A DNA stretch of 64,000 bases, from assembly GCF_009914755.1 (NCBI RefSeq), contig NC_060946.1; one strand, given 5' to 3'. Position 1 is the first letter of the stretch, and each line of letters opens with the position of its first letter. This document shows, piece after piece, positions 47,940 to 64,000 of this stretch. This stretch comes from the human T2T-CHM13v2.0 reference genome, Homo sapiens. A model generated the notes under the pieces. The model was not told the origin of the DNA. It searched no databases and was given only the letters and a program-made list of their open reading frames with translations. The translations under genes were made by a program, and so were the position numbers.

Positions 47940-49119
47940 TAGCCAGGATGGTCTCGATCTCCTGACCTCATGATCTGCCCACCTTGGCCTCCCAAAGTTC
48001 TGGGATTACAGGCGTGAGCCACCGTGCCCAGCCCACCCTCTCCTTATTTAAGTGAGTTTCCTGTTAGATGCTCTGCCTGGTGTCCAGTGGTGAGGCTGAA
48101 GGATGCAGCACAGATGGGCCCAGGATGTTGCTGGGGCAGTCAGTGTGCCAAGCTCCAGCCTGGGGGCGGGAGCCTGGTGCAGAACCCAGGGCCTCTGCCT
48201 GGTGCCTCTGTGAACACCTCCCCCGCCTCAGTTTTCCCCTCTCAGCAGTGAGAAGGACCTTGCCTCAGAAGCACAGCTGTCTTGCATCCGGCGCTCACTT
48301 GCCGGAGTCTCTGGGTTATGGCCTCGGCTTATGAGGAGCAGGTGTTGAGTAGGGGATCCAGGAGCGTCTGGCTTGTATTTGAATCCCTGTCTCACTGTTT
48401 AGCTGCTGCTCACCTCAGGAACCTCTTTTGACCCTGTGAGTTTTGGTTTCCTCATCTGGACAGTAGAAGTGATGATACTGCCCTCATGATATGACCATGA
48501 AAACTAAACTAGATGGTTTGGCAGGATTCTACCTTGTTGAATCCTCAAAGCCCTGAACACAGGGATAATTTGTCGCATTTTACAGAAGGGGTAACTGAGG
48601 CTCAGGAGGATGAGGTGACTTGCTAAAATCATGCTCTTTTGAAGGAAACATCTGGGAAAGTTTGCCTTGGATTTGCCCGAGGTGTGCTTTTATTGCATTT
48701 TAATCTCTGAAAATTGACATTCTCCTCACTCCCCACCTGGTGCAGCTGGCAGCTGGTGCCTCAGGGAGCTGATCCCTCCCTTTGCCAGCACCCCACTCCC
48801 CATGCTGGGCTGGGTGTCCACAGGAGTGGACGGGCCCAGGAATCATGGCTGGGAGGCCTGGGTTCCAGCCTTGCTTTAGCTACCAACTCACCGCGTGACC
48901 TTGGCCAAGTCCCTTGACTTCTCTGGGCCTCGGTTTTCCTCTCTGTAAAATGGGGATGGCCACACCCTCCTTCTGGGGGGATCAGAAGCTTAGCTGAGTT
49001 TAAAAGGAACATGACTGACATCAAAGGAGCCCGGTAAACCAATGGGATCCTGAGTTGATTTCCTTCCCTGTAACGAGTGGCAGGGCCTCCTTCTCCTCAT
49101 GTGGTTTGGGGAGGAGGAA

Positions 49120-49277
49120 CCACATACATTTGGGCTCACACGCACAGCACACAGTCAGTCCACACATGCACAAAACACACTCGTATGCACACATGCACAC
49201 ATACTTGACTCCACGTAAAAGCATGTACACACACACTCCTTCATGCATAAACACACACACACACGCGTGCACACATT
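49120..49277. repeat. Imperfect (CA)n tract
   Basis: cacacatgcac repeats just upstream of the internal promoter. Confidence 0.8.
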
Positions 49278-49339
49278 CAGTTCCCGGGCATCACCTTCTC
49301 TCTTCTTGCCTTCTTGCCGTACAACTGAAAACCCTAAAA

Positions 49340-49663
49340 CCCTCCGTGCCTACGGCTCCCGGGAGGGTGAGGGTCCAGGCAGCTGGGTTCAGAAGGATCC
49401 ACCCCTGGACCCGCCCCACTGGACGAGAAGCCAGAGATGCCCCGGGCGGGGCTCATAGGACCGAGTGGTGGCTTCTCAGTTCCCCAGGCAGCCGTGGCCA
49501 TTAGTGGAGCCGACTGGCTGGTCCCCTGGCCGTGAGCCGGCTTCTGAATGATTTATGCCGCCTTGAACTTGACTCCAGCGTGACAGGAGTGAGAAGAGCC
49601 GCTCCCGCTAGAGGAAAGCTGGAAACCGTACTGTGCTCACCACATAACCTCTGGGTGCTGGAA
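49340..49663 (+). promoter_or_regulatory. Candidate internal promoter/5'UTR for the short isoform
   Basis: Local CpG enrichment in unique sequence; GC boxes CCCGCCCC (~49410) and GGGCGGGG (~49444); TGATTTAT (49549) and TGACAG (49581). Confidence 0.55.
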
Positions 49664-49714
49664 ATGGAGTATTACTACTGCCCCAGCCTGCTGAAGCTCT
49701 TGCGCTACCTCTGG
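49664..49714 (+). CDS. KIAA1671: Predicted alternative first coding exon of a short KIAA1671 isoform (MEYYYCPSLLKLLRYLW)
   Basis: gaaATGg (G at -3 and +4), 17 codons, consensus donor TGG|GTGAGT at 49715 in phase 0, the same phase as the 28663 donor. It follows a CpG/GC-box-rich stretch with no clear polypyrimidine acceptor. Confidence 0.72.
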
Positions 49715-52369
49715 GTGAGTGGCGGGGGGCAGTGCAGGCTCCAGGACGGGGTCACGTCCTTTCCCTCTCCTCCTGCTTCCTGTCAACTTTGCTTTTTGGC
49801 TGTGTCTGGTTAGCAATGTCTCTGTTTTCTTTAAGAAATGGTGGAGGTTACAAGGAAGAGAGAATGTTGGGGAAAAAGGAAACGGGCTTGGTTTGGGAGG
49901 TAGCACAGGTTTGTAGGAAGAGCTGAGACTCCTGAACAGGAATGAAGATCCTGGATCCGATGTGGGCTTTCCTCCAGTCCTCAAGAAAACAGGAAGAACG
50001 AGAACCACTTCAGTGAGTTTTTCAGAAAGCAACATTTATTTGATTTAAAGGACTATTCTTTATTCTGAAATTACATCCCTCTTGCCTCTGTGTGTGTAAG
50101 AATGTCTGTCTTCTATGGGATGAAAATAATAGATTTTGCTTTCCTTTTCCTGAACCTACACAGTGATAGAAGAAGTTGGGACCCCTTCCCCACTAACACT
50201 CACACTGTGCTGTCTCCTCTGGATAACAGAGGAAAAAAACCAGAACATTTTCTGATGAAATGCCAAAGTCAGGGAAGCTGTGCAGAAGTGCTTTGTGAGG
50301 TATAAAATGCTTTCAGGTCTCACTTTGACTTCGCAACTGGTCTGTTTTCTGTGCCTGGGCAAGTTACTTCTCCTCTCTGGGTTTCTGTTTCCTCCTCTGT
50401 GAAATAAGGAGTGGGTGTAGGTGATTCTGGGTTGTGTGACATCCATCAGGGCTCTGGGAATAGAGGGACTTACCGAAGAATTGTCATGGGCTGGTCTCAG
50501 AGTTTTCCAGAATATTTGCCACTGGTTTCAGCACACCCAAAAGGGAAAGTCTTAGGAAATATTATCTTTCCCATTGCTGAGTGTTTGCAAATACTTCAGA
50601 TGCCTTCTTGCCCAGAGAATTTTCCAGCGCTCCTAAAAATACAACTTTAGGAAACATTGCCTTTTAGCCGCCAGTCCCAGAGTGTCTCACCTCCCTCCTG
50701 AGCCCCCCAGAGCAGTGGGGAAACAGGAGATCCCCCCAGTCCATATTGTTCAATCATTGGCCTATGAACATTCTTATATAATAAATGTAAGGCAACATTG
50801 ATTGATTGATTGATTGATGTTTTAATTACAAAAATAATGCATGTGCATGGTAAAAAGATATGGAAAATTCAGACAGGCACAAAGAAGAAAAGAAGTCTCC
50901 AATAATCGTATTTTTGAATTGTGTGGTTTGCAAGGTCTGGATAACCTTGATGTGCCTGGCTGCGTGTTGGGCTCTGGGCTCCATGCTGGAGATGCAGAGA
51001 TGACTAAGATACAGTCCACGGTCCCCAGAACTTAGAGCTTGGCATAGGTGTTGAACTCATTGACAAATGGCTACGATCTCATGTTCATTCAGCACACACT
51101 TACCAGCAGTAGTTTGGAGCTAGCGCCAGATACTTGGAATATAGGAGCAAGACGGCATGGTCCCCTGACCGCATGGAACTTAGTCTGGTGAGAATTTGGA
51201 CTTTGCTCAAGGAACTGAAACAAGGACCATGTATGTGTTAGGATGGGGGTGGTGCACAGTGCCTCAAGGGATATGGTCTCGTTGGGGTGCAGGGGCCAGG
51301 AGAGCCTCCCCAAGGAAGCTGAGTGCTGGAGGATGCCTAGGAGCTGGCAGTTGATGCTAGGGTAGGGGTCCAGGGAAGTGTGTGCCAGGCAGAGGGAACA
51401 GCATGTGCAAAGGGCTGGGGTGGATGTCAGAAAGAGCAAGAGCCCATGGCATGCCCATGGTACATTCCAGGTACTGGCCTAAGCTCATCCTGGCCAGTAG
51501 AGGCTGGGCAGTAATGCCCTCAGCCTCCTAGGGGCAGCTTTGTGGAGTGACAGAGTCACAGCTCCTCACCTGGCTGTGTCCCACCTCTCTAGTGACCTTG
51601 GGCAAGTCTTTTCCTCTCTGGGCCTTGGTTTCCCCATCTGGACCATGAAGAGGTAGGATGAGGCAGTTTAGAAAGTCTTTCCTAGATGTGATAATGAGAG
51701 AGATTTTCATTTGTCCGCTGCTTTCTGTGGGTGACCAGGTCCTGGGGGAGTGAGGAGCCACATAGGCCCACCGCTGGTTTTGCAAATTACCCACAATTTC
51801 TCTGTCTCTCTGAGTCACTGAAGACAGCCTGGCACACGTGTTAACAAGACCGGGATCTTAGATTAGCCCAGGTGTCTGCACTTCTAAACTGGAAACTCTT
51901 GCTTGACCTCTCAAGGAAGCTTGGGAATGTGGACCTGGATTCTGAGGAAGCCCCGTGGCCTTGGGAAGTCCATTTCAGCTTCCCAAACTTCAGCTTCCTC
52001 ATCTGCAAAGCGAGGCCCCGCTGCCTTCCTGATTTGCTTCTTGGGGCAATTCCTTTGAATTCTCTAGCTCATTTCTGAAACCTAGAAGCTGCTCCCAGAA
52101 TGTCAGTTCCTCCTGCTTCCCAGGAGGCCACCGTCAGATTTGGTGACCAGCTAACCAGGAATAATTGCAGAGAGCCAGGTGGAGGTGCTCGCTCCCCTGC
52201 CACTCCTGTAGCTTCGCATAGCTTGAACATGCGTTCATCCATCATTTCTTCAGCATGGGCCCCTCCTCACTGCCCCTGGGCCCTGGTAATGTTGCCCATT
52301 CACTAGGGTCTTCCCTGGTGAATGACCCCCTTCCCTTCTGCATTCTTTGTCCTGTTATTCTACCTTTTT

Positions 52370-55410
<3,041 letters not shown>

Positions 55411-57540
55411 TAAAAAAATCTGCCATGTTATTTAAAAAGTTTGTAACCATGATATTTAATAGCTGCTTAATATTCCTACCTGTTGTCAGCCTTGGTTTAT
55501 GGGGTACTGGTTTCATTTACTTTGGATATATACCCAGAAGAGGGATTGGTGAATCTAGTAGCCAATTCTTTGTGGTTGGAAACTTAGGTTATTCCCAGGT
55601 GTTTATTGTATGCATAATTGTTCCCCGCCTTAAATCTTGATTCACATTTCGAGCTGTCTCCTGTGTCAGCTTCTTAGAAGTGGGGCCAAGCGTGGGCTGC
55701 AACAGGTTTTCTGCAAAGTTGTCACTTGGTGGTGGGATGTTTTTAGCTTCCTGTTGGCAGCCTGAGTCCTTCTCATAGCTGCACTTCTCTTCTGGGGGGA
55801 GAAACCACTATCACCATCAAGCTTGGTGCTGGTCCAGCAACAGTTGGGGCATGGGGAGAGAGATTAAGTTTCTCTTTCAAACTATTAGTAAGAATAGCTG
55901 AGGGCTACAGCCTCTGGTGTGGCTGTTGTGAGTTATTTAATCTCCTTTGTTGCTGAGATAACCTCGCCAGACGGTCCCAAGGCCTGTGGCCTTGCTAGGG
56001 GCATCAAGCTGCTCTCTTGGGGTTATCAATTACAGCAGTAGTAATTAGTGATATAAGCAATAGTCATATGATGATAAAAGTCACCATCACCACCACCACT
56101 CCTACTGAGTGCTCACAAAATCCTGAGCCTGTACTAAACGCCTTTCAGAGGGGTCTCATTATATCCTTATAAGAACCCCAATGGGTTGATCTCATTATTA
56201 CCTGCATTTTGCAATTAGGGAAACTGAGGCCTTGAAAGGCTAGGTATCTCCTCCAAGGTCCCCGGCTAGGAAGTGCTAGAGCCTGTATTTGAACCCAGCT
56301 CTCCCTCTATTATTTTTACTACTTCGTGGAGTCTGATCTTCTGGTTTCTCAGATGGGGAAACTGAGGCCCATGGTGTTGAAGCAACTTCCCAGCCTACAG
56401 GAAAGCTTTCTATGCATATCAAGCTTTGCAACGAGGAGGATGACAGAAGAATGTGGCACTAGGCGAGGCGGGGCTCTGGAGGGAGAACCCTGGCCTAGAA
56501 TCCTGGCCCTGTCTCTACTGGGTGTGTGGCTTTTGGTAAATCACATCATGGCTGTGGGCATCAGTTTCCCTCTCTATAAGTGGCAGTGGTCAGCCCCACC
56601 TTGGAGGAACTGTGCTGAGGATTAGCTAAGAATAAGGGGCATTAGTGTCCTTGGCACAGGGCTGGACTTAGAGTGGGCATTTAATATGGAGATGGTGTTT
56701 GTTGGGAGCTGGGGAGGGCTCTGATATAATGGCAGGGACCCCCACCTCCTGTCCCATGCTCTTCCCAGCTGCCTCTCCAGCCCCGCCCAGGGTCTGTGAG
56801 GCTGACTCTCGCAGGCTTCCTCTACTCCAGCCTCCCATGGCAGAGGTGGCTGCTTTCAGTGTAGTGAGGAACTGCTGAGTGGCCCGTGGGGCGTGACACC
56901 CCAGCTGGGGCTTCTGATAGCTTCTTGGGGAAGGTGCAGATCCCTCACCTGCCCTTTTAAGATCCTCCTGCAGGGTCCGTGTTCCATGCCTTGGTCTCCC
57001 TGGAGATGGGAAATCACTGTGGTTTTCATTGTGTTTCTAAGCTTCATGTCCCCACGTTTGACTCTGTGACCAGATTTTTGAATGGAAAAAATCTAAATGT
57101 GGTTAGTTCCACTGTTTTCTCCCCAGACCCTCTTGCTACTTGTTCATTTGGCTGTGGCCCTCACTCAGCGTGTAATCACCTCTAGGTGACAGTAGTAATA
57201 ATAATAGTCATGAAACAGCAAAAGATATTATCCTCTTTGACGCTAAGTGCCTCAGTGTGTGGGATCTTGATTAATCCTCACAAATAGCCCTGAGGGGTGG
57301 ATTTTATTATTATTTTACCGAAGAGAAAACTGAGATTCTGAGAGGCTGAGTAACCACCAGATATGCAACAGCTGGCCAGGGGCAGAGCTGGGATTTGAAC
57401 TTGGAAATCTGACTCCAAAGCTAATTTGATGACTACATGCAGTCTCTGTCAGGCAGGGAGGTTGCTTGTGTGTTTACCACTGAACTCTCAGCCCTTGGCC
57501 CAGTGCCTGGCACATAATAGGTGCTTAATAGATGTGGGCT

Positions 57541-60500
57541 GGCCAGGTGCAGTGGTTCACGCCTGTAATCCCAAGACTCTGTGAGATCAAAGCGGGAGGA
57601 TTGCTTGAGCCCAGGAATTTGAGACCAGCTTGGGTAACACAGCAATACTCAGTCTCTACAAAAGAATTTTTTTTTGAATAGCCAAGTATAATGGTGTACG
57701 CCTATAATCTCAAATACTCAGCAGGCTGAGGCAGAAGGATCACCTGAGCCCAAGAGTTCGAGGCTGCAGTAAGCTAGGATTGTACCACTGCTTCCCAGCC
57801 TGGGAGACAGAGCAAGACCCTGTCTCAAAAAGAAGTAAAAAATAAAAATAGATGTGGGCTGATGGACCACCCTGTTGACCTGACATGTTGAAAGCTATTG
57901 TGGGGACAAATGGCCTTATCGTAGTGCCTGGCACTCCATACGCACACCGTAAGCAATTACTGTTACCAGCTTCTGAATCTCAGATCATAGTGGCTTCAGT
58001 TTGTGCCAAGGGTCTGGTTTGGCTTTGTCTCAGCAATGTCTGTGGCTGAAATAGAAGAACTGACTATTTTTGTGCTGTTTGAGTTGGGCCTGAGGTTTGG
58101 GCCATGGAACAGTTTGCATCATGAGAGATTTTCATCTGACTTGAGCTGTGGGCGCCTTTTTAGACCCAGTCATGGAGGCAAAAACGGGCTTGGAGTCAGT
58201 CTCTCCTGGCTTCTATTCCCTACTGGGCCACTTATTAATAGAGCATGGGGCCTCGAGCAAATCTCTTAGCCCTCCCAGAAACTCAGTTTTGCCATCTATA
58301 GAGTAGAAATATTGATAGCAACTTCCTCGTGGGTTGGCCTGAGGACTCAGTGAGGCGATGCAAACAAAGCCAGGCATACAGTAGGTGCTGAATAAGTGGT
58401 GGCAGCCGATGCTGGTGCTAGGCACCTGATGTGTCCTCAGTTCAGTTCAGTTGCATGCACCAGGCCCTGTTCTAAAGGTTTGGGATACATCAGTGCACAA
58501 GACAGCCATGTTTCCTGCCCCAGGGACTAACTTTTTTTTTTTTTTGAGATGGAGTCTCGCTCTGTCGCCCAGGCTGGAGTGCAATGGCACCATCTCGGCT
58601 CACTGCAACCTCCGCCTCCTGGGTTCAAATGATTCCCCTGCCTCCGCCTCCTGAGGACCTGTGATTATAGGGGCCCGGCCAGAATTAACATTCTAGTGGG
58701 GTGTTCAGGCAATCAACAATGGGTATGTGTAAGAACGTTGTATAGTATGTCAGGAGGTGGGCTGTGCTGGGGAAAGACAGAAGGAACCAGGTAAGAAGGT
58801 TCTGGAGGGCTTGGGTGTGTGGGGCCTCTGCCTCTCTAAAAAGGTGACATTTGAACAGAGACTTTAGAAGCAGGGAGAGCATAGGCCAGGGGAGCTTGGG
58901 GGGAAACAGGAATAGTCAGTGCAAAGGCTTTAAGGCCCAAGCATGCACAGGCACATTTGCAGAACAGGAGGGATGCCACGGTGGCTGCAGCAGACTGGGT
59001 GAGAGGAGAGAGTGGGCAGTGAGAGCAGGGAGGTGACCATGCCGGGCCTTGCAGTCACTCTAAGGACTGTGCCTCGTGCTTGGGGACACCAGAGCCATGG
59101 GGGAGTGACCCTTTGAATAGGACTGACACAACCCAGCTTGGCCTTTGAGTAGGTCCCTCTGGCTGTCATGTGGGGAACAGACTCAAGTAAGGGGACCAGT
59201 AAGGAACCACTGCAGTGGTCCAGGTGGGAGATGATGGCCGCTCAGACTGGGGCAGGAGAAAAGGAGAAGTGGGCAGATTCTGGATCTAGTTGGAAGGTTG
59301 AGCCCCAGGATGTGCTCATGGATTGGACATGGGATAGGAAAGACTTGAGTCATGGATGACCCTGAGAGTTTGCCATCTGCTAAAAGATGGAGCTGTCATC
59401 AGCTTTCATTAGGAAAACTGCAGGGTAGAGGGTCTTGGGGGCAGATCGGGACCCAGGTTTGCACTTGTTGGTTGAGTTTGAAAAGTCAGTTAGATACCGG
59501 TGTCAGCATACGTTCTCCACCTCTTCCCGTAGCTCCCCTTCCCCAGCTGTACAATGGGAAGGGTCTTTCATGCCCTGCCCATGCCTAAGAGTTGTTGGGA
59601 TACTCAGGTGGGAGGGGAATTGTAAAGGATTAAAACACAGGGATTAAAACACCAATCCCTGTTGTGAGATTCCTCAGCCCCTTGGAAAATCCTCACCATT
59701 TCTGAGCTACAGGAAGAGGTACCCAGAGCCTTTGGAGCAGAAGGCCCTGCTCACATCCACTAGAGGGTTTGAGAATTCAGCTGAGCCCAGGCCAGCTCCT
59801 CTCAGCACCTTCCTCACTGTGACAATTTCAGACTCTTTGTTTTTTATTTATTTTTATTTTTTTAGAGACAGGGCCTGGCTCTGTCACCCAGGTTGGAGTG
59901 CCATGGTGCAATCATAGCTCACTAAAGCCTCGAACATCTGGGCTCAAGTGATCCTCCCACCTTGGCTTCCCAAAGCACTGGGATTACAGGCATGAACCAT
60001 CACACCTGGCCAATTTCAGACTCTTTGTCTGCCTGTTATGGCCCCTCCAAGCAGGACCACTGCCCTGCCTGTTAGTCCACAGGGTCTTTGCCATATGTAA
60101 AATAGATTGCTTTTTACAGTAATAAAAAGAGAGCCATGTGGTAACAATGGCTCCCCAAGCCTAGACTTCCACTTTTTGGTTCTTGGTGGGCCTCAGTCAC
60201 CTTCCCGTGCTGTTGGGAGCTTTGTCCTGAGAGGCTGAAGTGGACCCCACTCTCAGATGGAGGTCTTTGAGGCCCCAGCCCTAACTGTTCCAAAGCAGTC
60301 ATTGCTGGGTGTCAGACATTCCAGGGCTTAGAGCAGTTAGAAGGGGCATGCCAATCTCGTGACTGCTGAAAGGAACCGTAAATGCAAGGCAGAAGCTTGG
60401 GAGGGCTGGACATGTGGGCAAAATACTTCTAGGAGCCAGGATTCCAGGATGCAAATGCCATGTGACCCTGAGCAACTATTTGCCCTCTCTGGGACTCAGT

Positions 60501-63500
60501 TTCTCTGTAGGTATAATGAAAGATTGGACTGGAGTCTCTTAAAGTTTCTTCCTGTGCACAATCTCCCAATTCTAAGAGTCCAGTAAGGAGTGGAGCTTCA
60601 GAGTCAGACAGATGTGGGTTCTAATCCAGCCCTCGCTGCTCTGTGACATTGAACAGGTGACTTCGTGTCTCTGATCTTGTGTCTCACCTGACGATGAGAA
60701 ACTCCCTGTCTCAAATGAGGATTGTGTAAGCATTTCATTGTGGAGACCAGTGGGGAGAGCACCTAGCACACAGTAGGTGCTGTCTTTCCACATATCCAAG
60801 GGAGGAATTGAACCCACAGTGTAGAAGTTGCTGGCTGCCTCGAGGGTGGAATGACTTCTCGATTGAGGCACTAGAGGGCACCCCTGTTCTAACAACAGGG
60901 GTTAGATGGGCAGCTGCTTTTTTTTTTTTAAGCATGTGCAGAGCTACACACTTTCACACCTGAGTGTGTGTGGCTGTCTCAACAGCCAGTGAGGCAGGGG
61001 TTCTGACTGTCCAAATTTTGCAAATGAGGACACCGAGCAAAACCTGACTTGTCCAAAGGTTGCACAGAGCCTCTGGAAAGTCCAACATCAGGAGAGAATA
61101 GTGTGGAGTGTAAAAAGAAGGAAGGAGAAGGGAGGATCATTTGAGGCCTTGGAGTTCCAGACCAGCCTGGGCAACATAGCAAGACTCCATCTCTACAAAA
61201 AATGTAAAAATTACCCCGCTGGGTAGTGCATGTCTATATTTCCAGCTACTGGGGAGGCTGAGGCAGGAGGATCACCTAAGCCCAGGAGTTGGAAGCTACA
61301 GTGAGCTATGGAAGGCTTGATGCAGGTTGATGCCCTCTCCGTGCCCTCTACCCGCACTGTTTGCTGCTGGTAGGCAAATGGATTTTCCAGAGCTGAAAAA
61401 GGACTCAGATTTGGGGGTTTCAAGCTGAGTGGACATGTGGTTTCTGTGTTTGAGACAGAGTTGATGAGTGTGGAGCCAGGATACTGTGACCTTGTGCCAG
61501 CCACCACCCCCTCTGGGCCCAGCATCTTCTTTGTTGAAATGCATTAACTTATCTCATAGTTGGCTTGCCGTGCACGTGTATTGAGTGCCTACCCTGAACT
61601 AGGCCTGAGCTGGGTCTTAACACCTGAGTAGGACAAGAGAAGATGGGCATCCAAGAGGCTGAACCACAATGCGCAGAGGCCAGGCACCTCTGGAGGAAGT
61701 GGGAGATTTGAGGGTGTCATTGATTTTATCACTGTGATTGGAGCCCAGAGGACACAATGTAACCATTTCAGTGGTTCAGTAATGCATGGATGACAAGGTT
61801 TTCAAGGAATTTGGTCTGAATTATTACAGTTTAAGAAAACCTGATGTTGGCCAGGCCTGGTGGCTCATGCCTGTAATCTCAGAACCTTGGGAGGCCCAGG
61901 TGGGAGGATCACTTGAACCCAGGAGTTAGAGACCAGCCTGGGTAACATAGCAAGACCCTGTCTCTACAGAAAATTTAAAAATTAGCTGGGCGTGGAGGTG
62001 CATGCTTTCAAGTCTCAGCTACTCAAGAGGCTAGGCAGGAGGATCACTTGAACCCAGGAGTTGGAGGCTGTAGTGAGCTATGGTTGTGCCACTGCACTCC
62101 AGCCTGGGTGACAGAGCAAGACTCTGTCTCTCTAAAGAACAAAAAAACAAAAAACACCTGATATTTTATATAGAAATTCTGAGGCAGGGACATACAACTG
62201 CAGGTGTTTCATATTGTTTTAATATTTCATATCAAACATTTATATTAATAAAATATAGGCATGTTCATGTTGACCTAATATTTTGTTGCTATAATATAAA
62301 TGTAATAATATCGTAATCAGAGATTTTTATTTTGCTCCTCCTATGTGCTGGTGTATTAGTTTTCCAGGGCTGCCATATTAAAAAACCAGAGACTTCTGAA
62401 TGGCTTAAACAGAAGAAATGTATTTTCTCACAGTTCTGGAGTTTACAAGTCCAAGATCAAGGTGTTGGCAAGTGTGGTTTCTCCTGAGGTCTCTCTCCTT
62501 GGCTTGCAGATAACCACTTTCTCTCTGTGTCCTTACACCATCTTCCCTCTGCGTGTGTGGGCTCCTGTCTGTGTTTCCAGATTTCCTCTAATGACGTTAA
62601 CAGTCAGATTGGATTAGAGCCCAACCTAACACCCTTATTTTAAACCTAATCACAACTTTACAGGCCCTATTTTCAAATAATAGTCACCTTTGATGTACTA
62701 GGGGGTTAGGGCTTCAATATGTGAATTTGGGGGGAATATATTTCAGTCCATAGCAGCCAGGTACTAGGAAAAGCACTTTAGAATGTTTCTTTTTATCCTC
62801 ACAACAGTCTTAGAAGGGAGGCACTGTTATTATGTGCATTTTACAGATAAGGAAAACAAGGCTCAGAGAGGTTAACTCACTTGCAGAAGATCACACAGCT
62901 GGTCAACAGTGGAGCCAAGATTTGATCCCAGGCTGTCTTACTCTGGAGCCTGCACTGTGTTAGTTTATGTCTTTAATTTGACCTTAATCCTAGGGATACC
63001 TTTTCCACATTCTATTGAATTTACCAAGCTGTCCTCATGCCTCATTTTACTCTGCCCTCTCCCTGTTAAGGCCTAGATTGGAAAAGACCCAGATAGCAGG
63101 GAAGAAAGCCCTTTGCCAGACCCCCTGCTGCCCCAGCTTGCCTGGGCCCCACCTGGCCTGTTTGGCTACCTGCCCAGGGGGGAGTGCCTGGGGCCACCCC
63201 CTTCCAGCTCTGCCCTGACCGCCCCTATTTGCCGAGAGCAGCCTGGGCCCAGTGAAAGCCGCCTTTGTCCTCCAGTTCATTCCTCCTGGAGGGATGACCT
63301 AAGTCTTGTCTTGAGGACAAAGCGGCGGCCTGCCACGTGAGTGCAGGTCAGTCCCAGTAGTCTGCAGAGTCTCCCAGCCTAACTGATGGGAGTGGCAGCC
63401 TTAGTTATGGTTTGCCAAGTTTAGTGTGGTCAGGAAGGCTGCAGAGCCCCCTCTGTGTCCTGAGAGATAATGCCAGTGGCTCCTGTGTGTATAGAACTTG

Positions 63501-63773
63501 ACAGTGGCTTACGTCTGTAATCCCAGCACTTTGGGAGGCCGAGGCGGGCGGATCACCGAGGTTAGGAGTTCGAAACCACCTGGCCAACATGGTGACACTT
63601 CATCTCTACTAAAAATACAAAAATTAGCCAGGCATGGTGGCGCACGCCTGTAATCCCAGCTACTCAGGAGGCTGAGGCAGGAGAATCGCTTGAATCGGGA
63701 GGTGGAGATTGCGCCAAAGCACTCCAGCCTCAGCGACAGAGCAAGACTCTATCTCAAAAAAAAAAAAAAAAAA
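57541..63773. mobile_element. Alus at ~57541+, 58532- (partial), 59845-, 61128+, 61849+ and 63502+, among MIR/L2 remnants
   Basis: Alu consensus; MIR cores such as gaaactgagg and cctcagtttc. Confidence 0.8.
62352..62755 (-). mobile_element. MLT1 (MaLR) solo LTR, near full length
   Basis: tgtattagttt...ggcttaaaca...tctcacagttctgg...tttcagtccatagca; TG...CA ends. Confidence 0.8.
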
Positions 63774-64000
63774 TTGACAATGTATAAAAGGTATTTTATG
63801 GTTTCTGGTTTATCTGATCCTCCCAGATTCTGCAGGGTGTGCAGGGCAGGGACCTGTTGAAGAAATGCCTCCAGGCCAGTTATCAGTTGCCATAACAAAC
63901 GACTCCAAAACAGCAGTGCAAACCAACCACTGTTCATTATGTCCATGGATCCTGTGGGTCAGAAATTAGGCAGGGCTCAGTGAGAGTGTCTGCTGCCTGT

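Overview
Human-type genomic DNA (over 40 Alu copies, plus L1/L2/MIR, MaLR/ERV1 LTRs and hAT fossils) covering the 5' coding half of KIAA1671 on the + strand. The gene is recognised from the N-terminus [26 protein letters not shown]. Splice signals and reading-frame phase support a 152-nt 5'UTR exon (4932-5083) and four coding exons: 7244-8839 (ATG 7299), 11908-11995, 18059-20824 and 28529-28663. Together they give 4530 coding nt (1510 codons). A long intron then runs off the window. Inside that intron is a convincing internal promoter and alternative first coding exon (ATG 49664, MEYYYCPSLLKLLRYLW, phase-0 donor) that would replace about 1500 disordered residues with a 17-aa Cys/amphipathic peptide. 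Other notable structure: a stack of uORFs in the 5'UTR, a self-palindromic 31-bp tandem repeat, a 27-bp minisatellite split by an Alu, an old inverted duplication, CTCF-like sites, and repeated caldesmon-like and LD-like motifs in the protein. I found no evidence for a wholly new multi-gene system, CRISPR array or RNA gene. Nearly all other listed ORFs are Alu or low-complexity artefacts.
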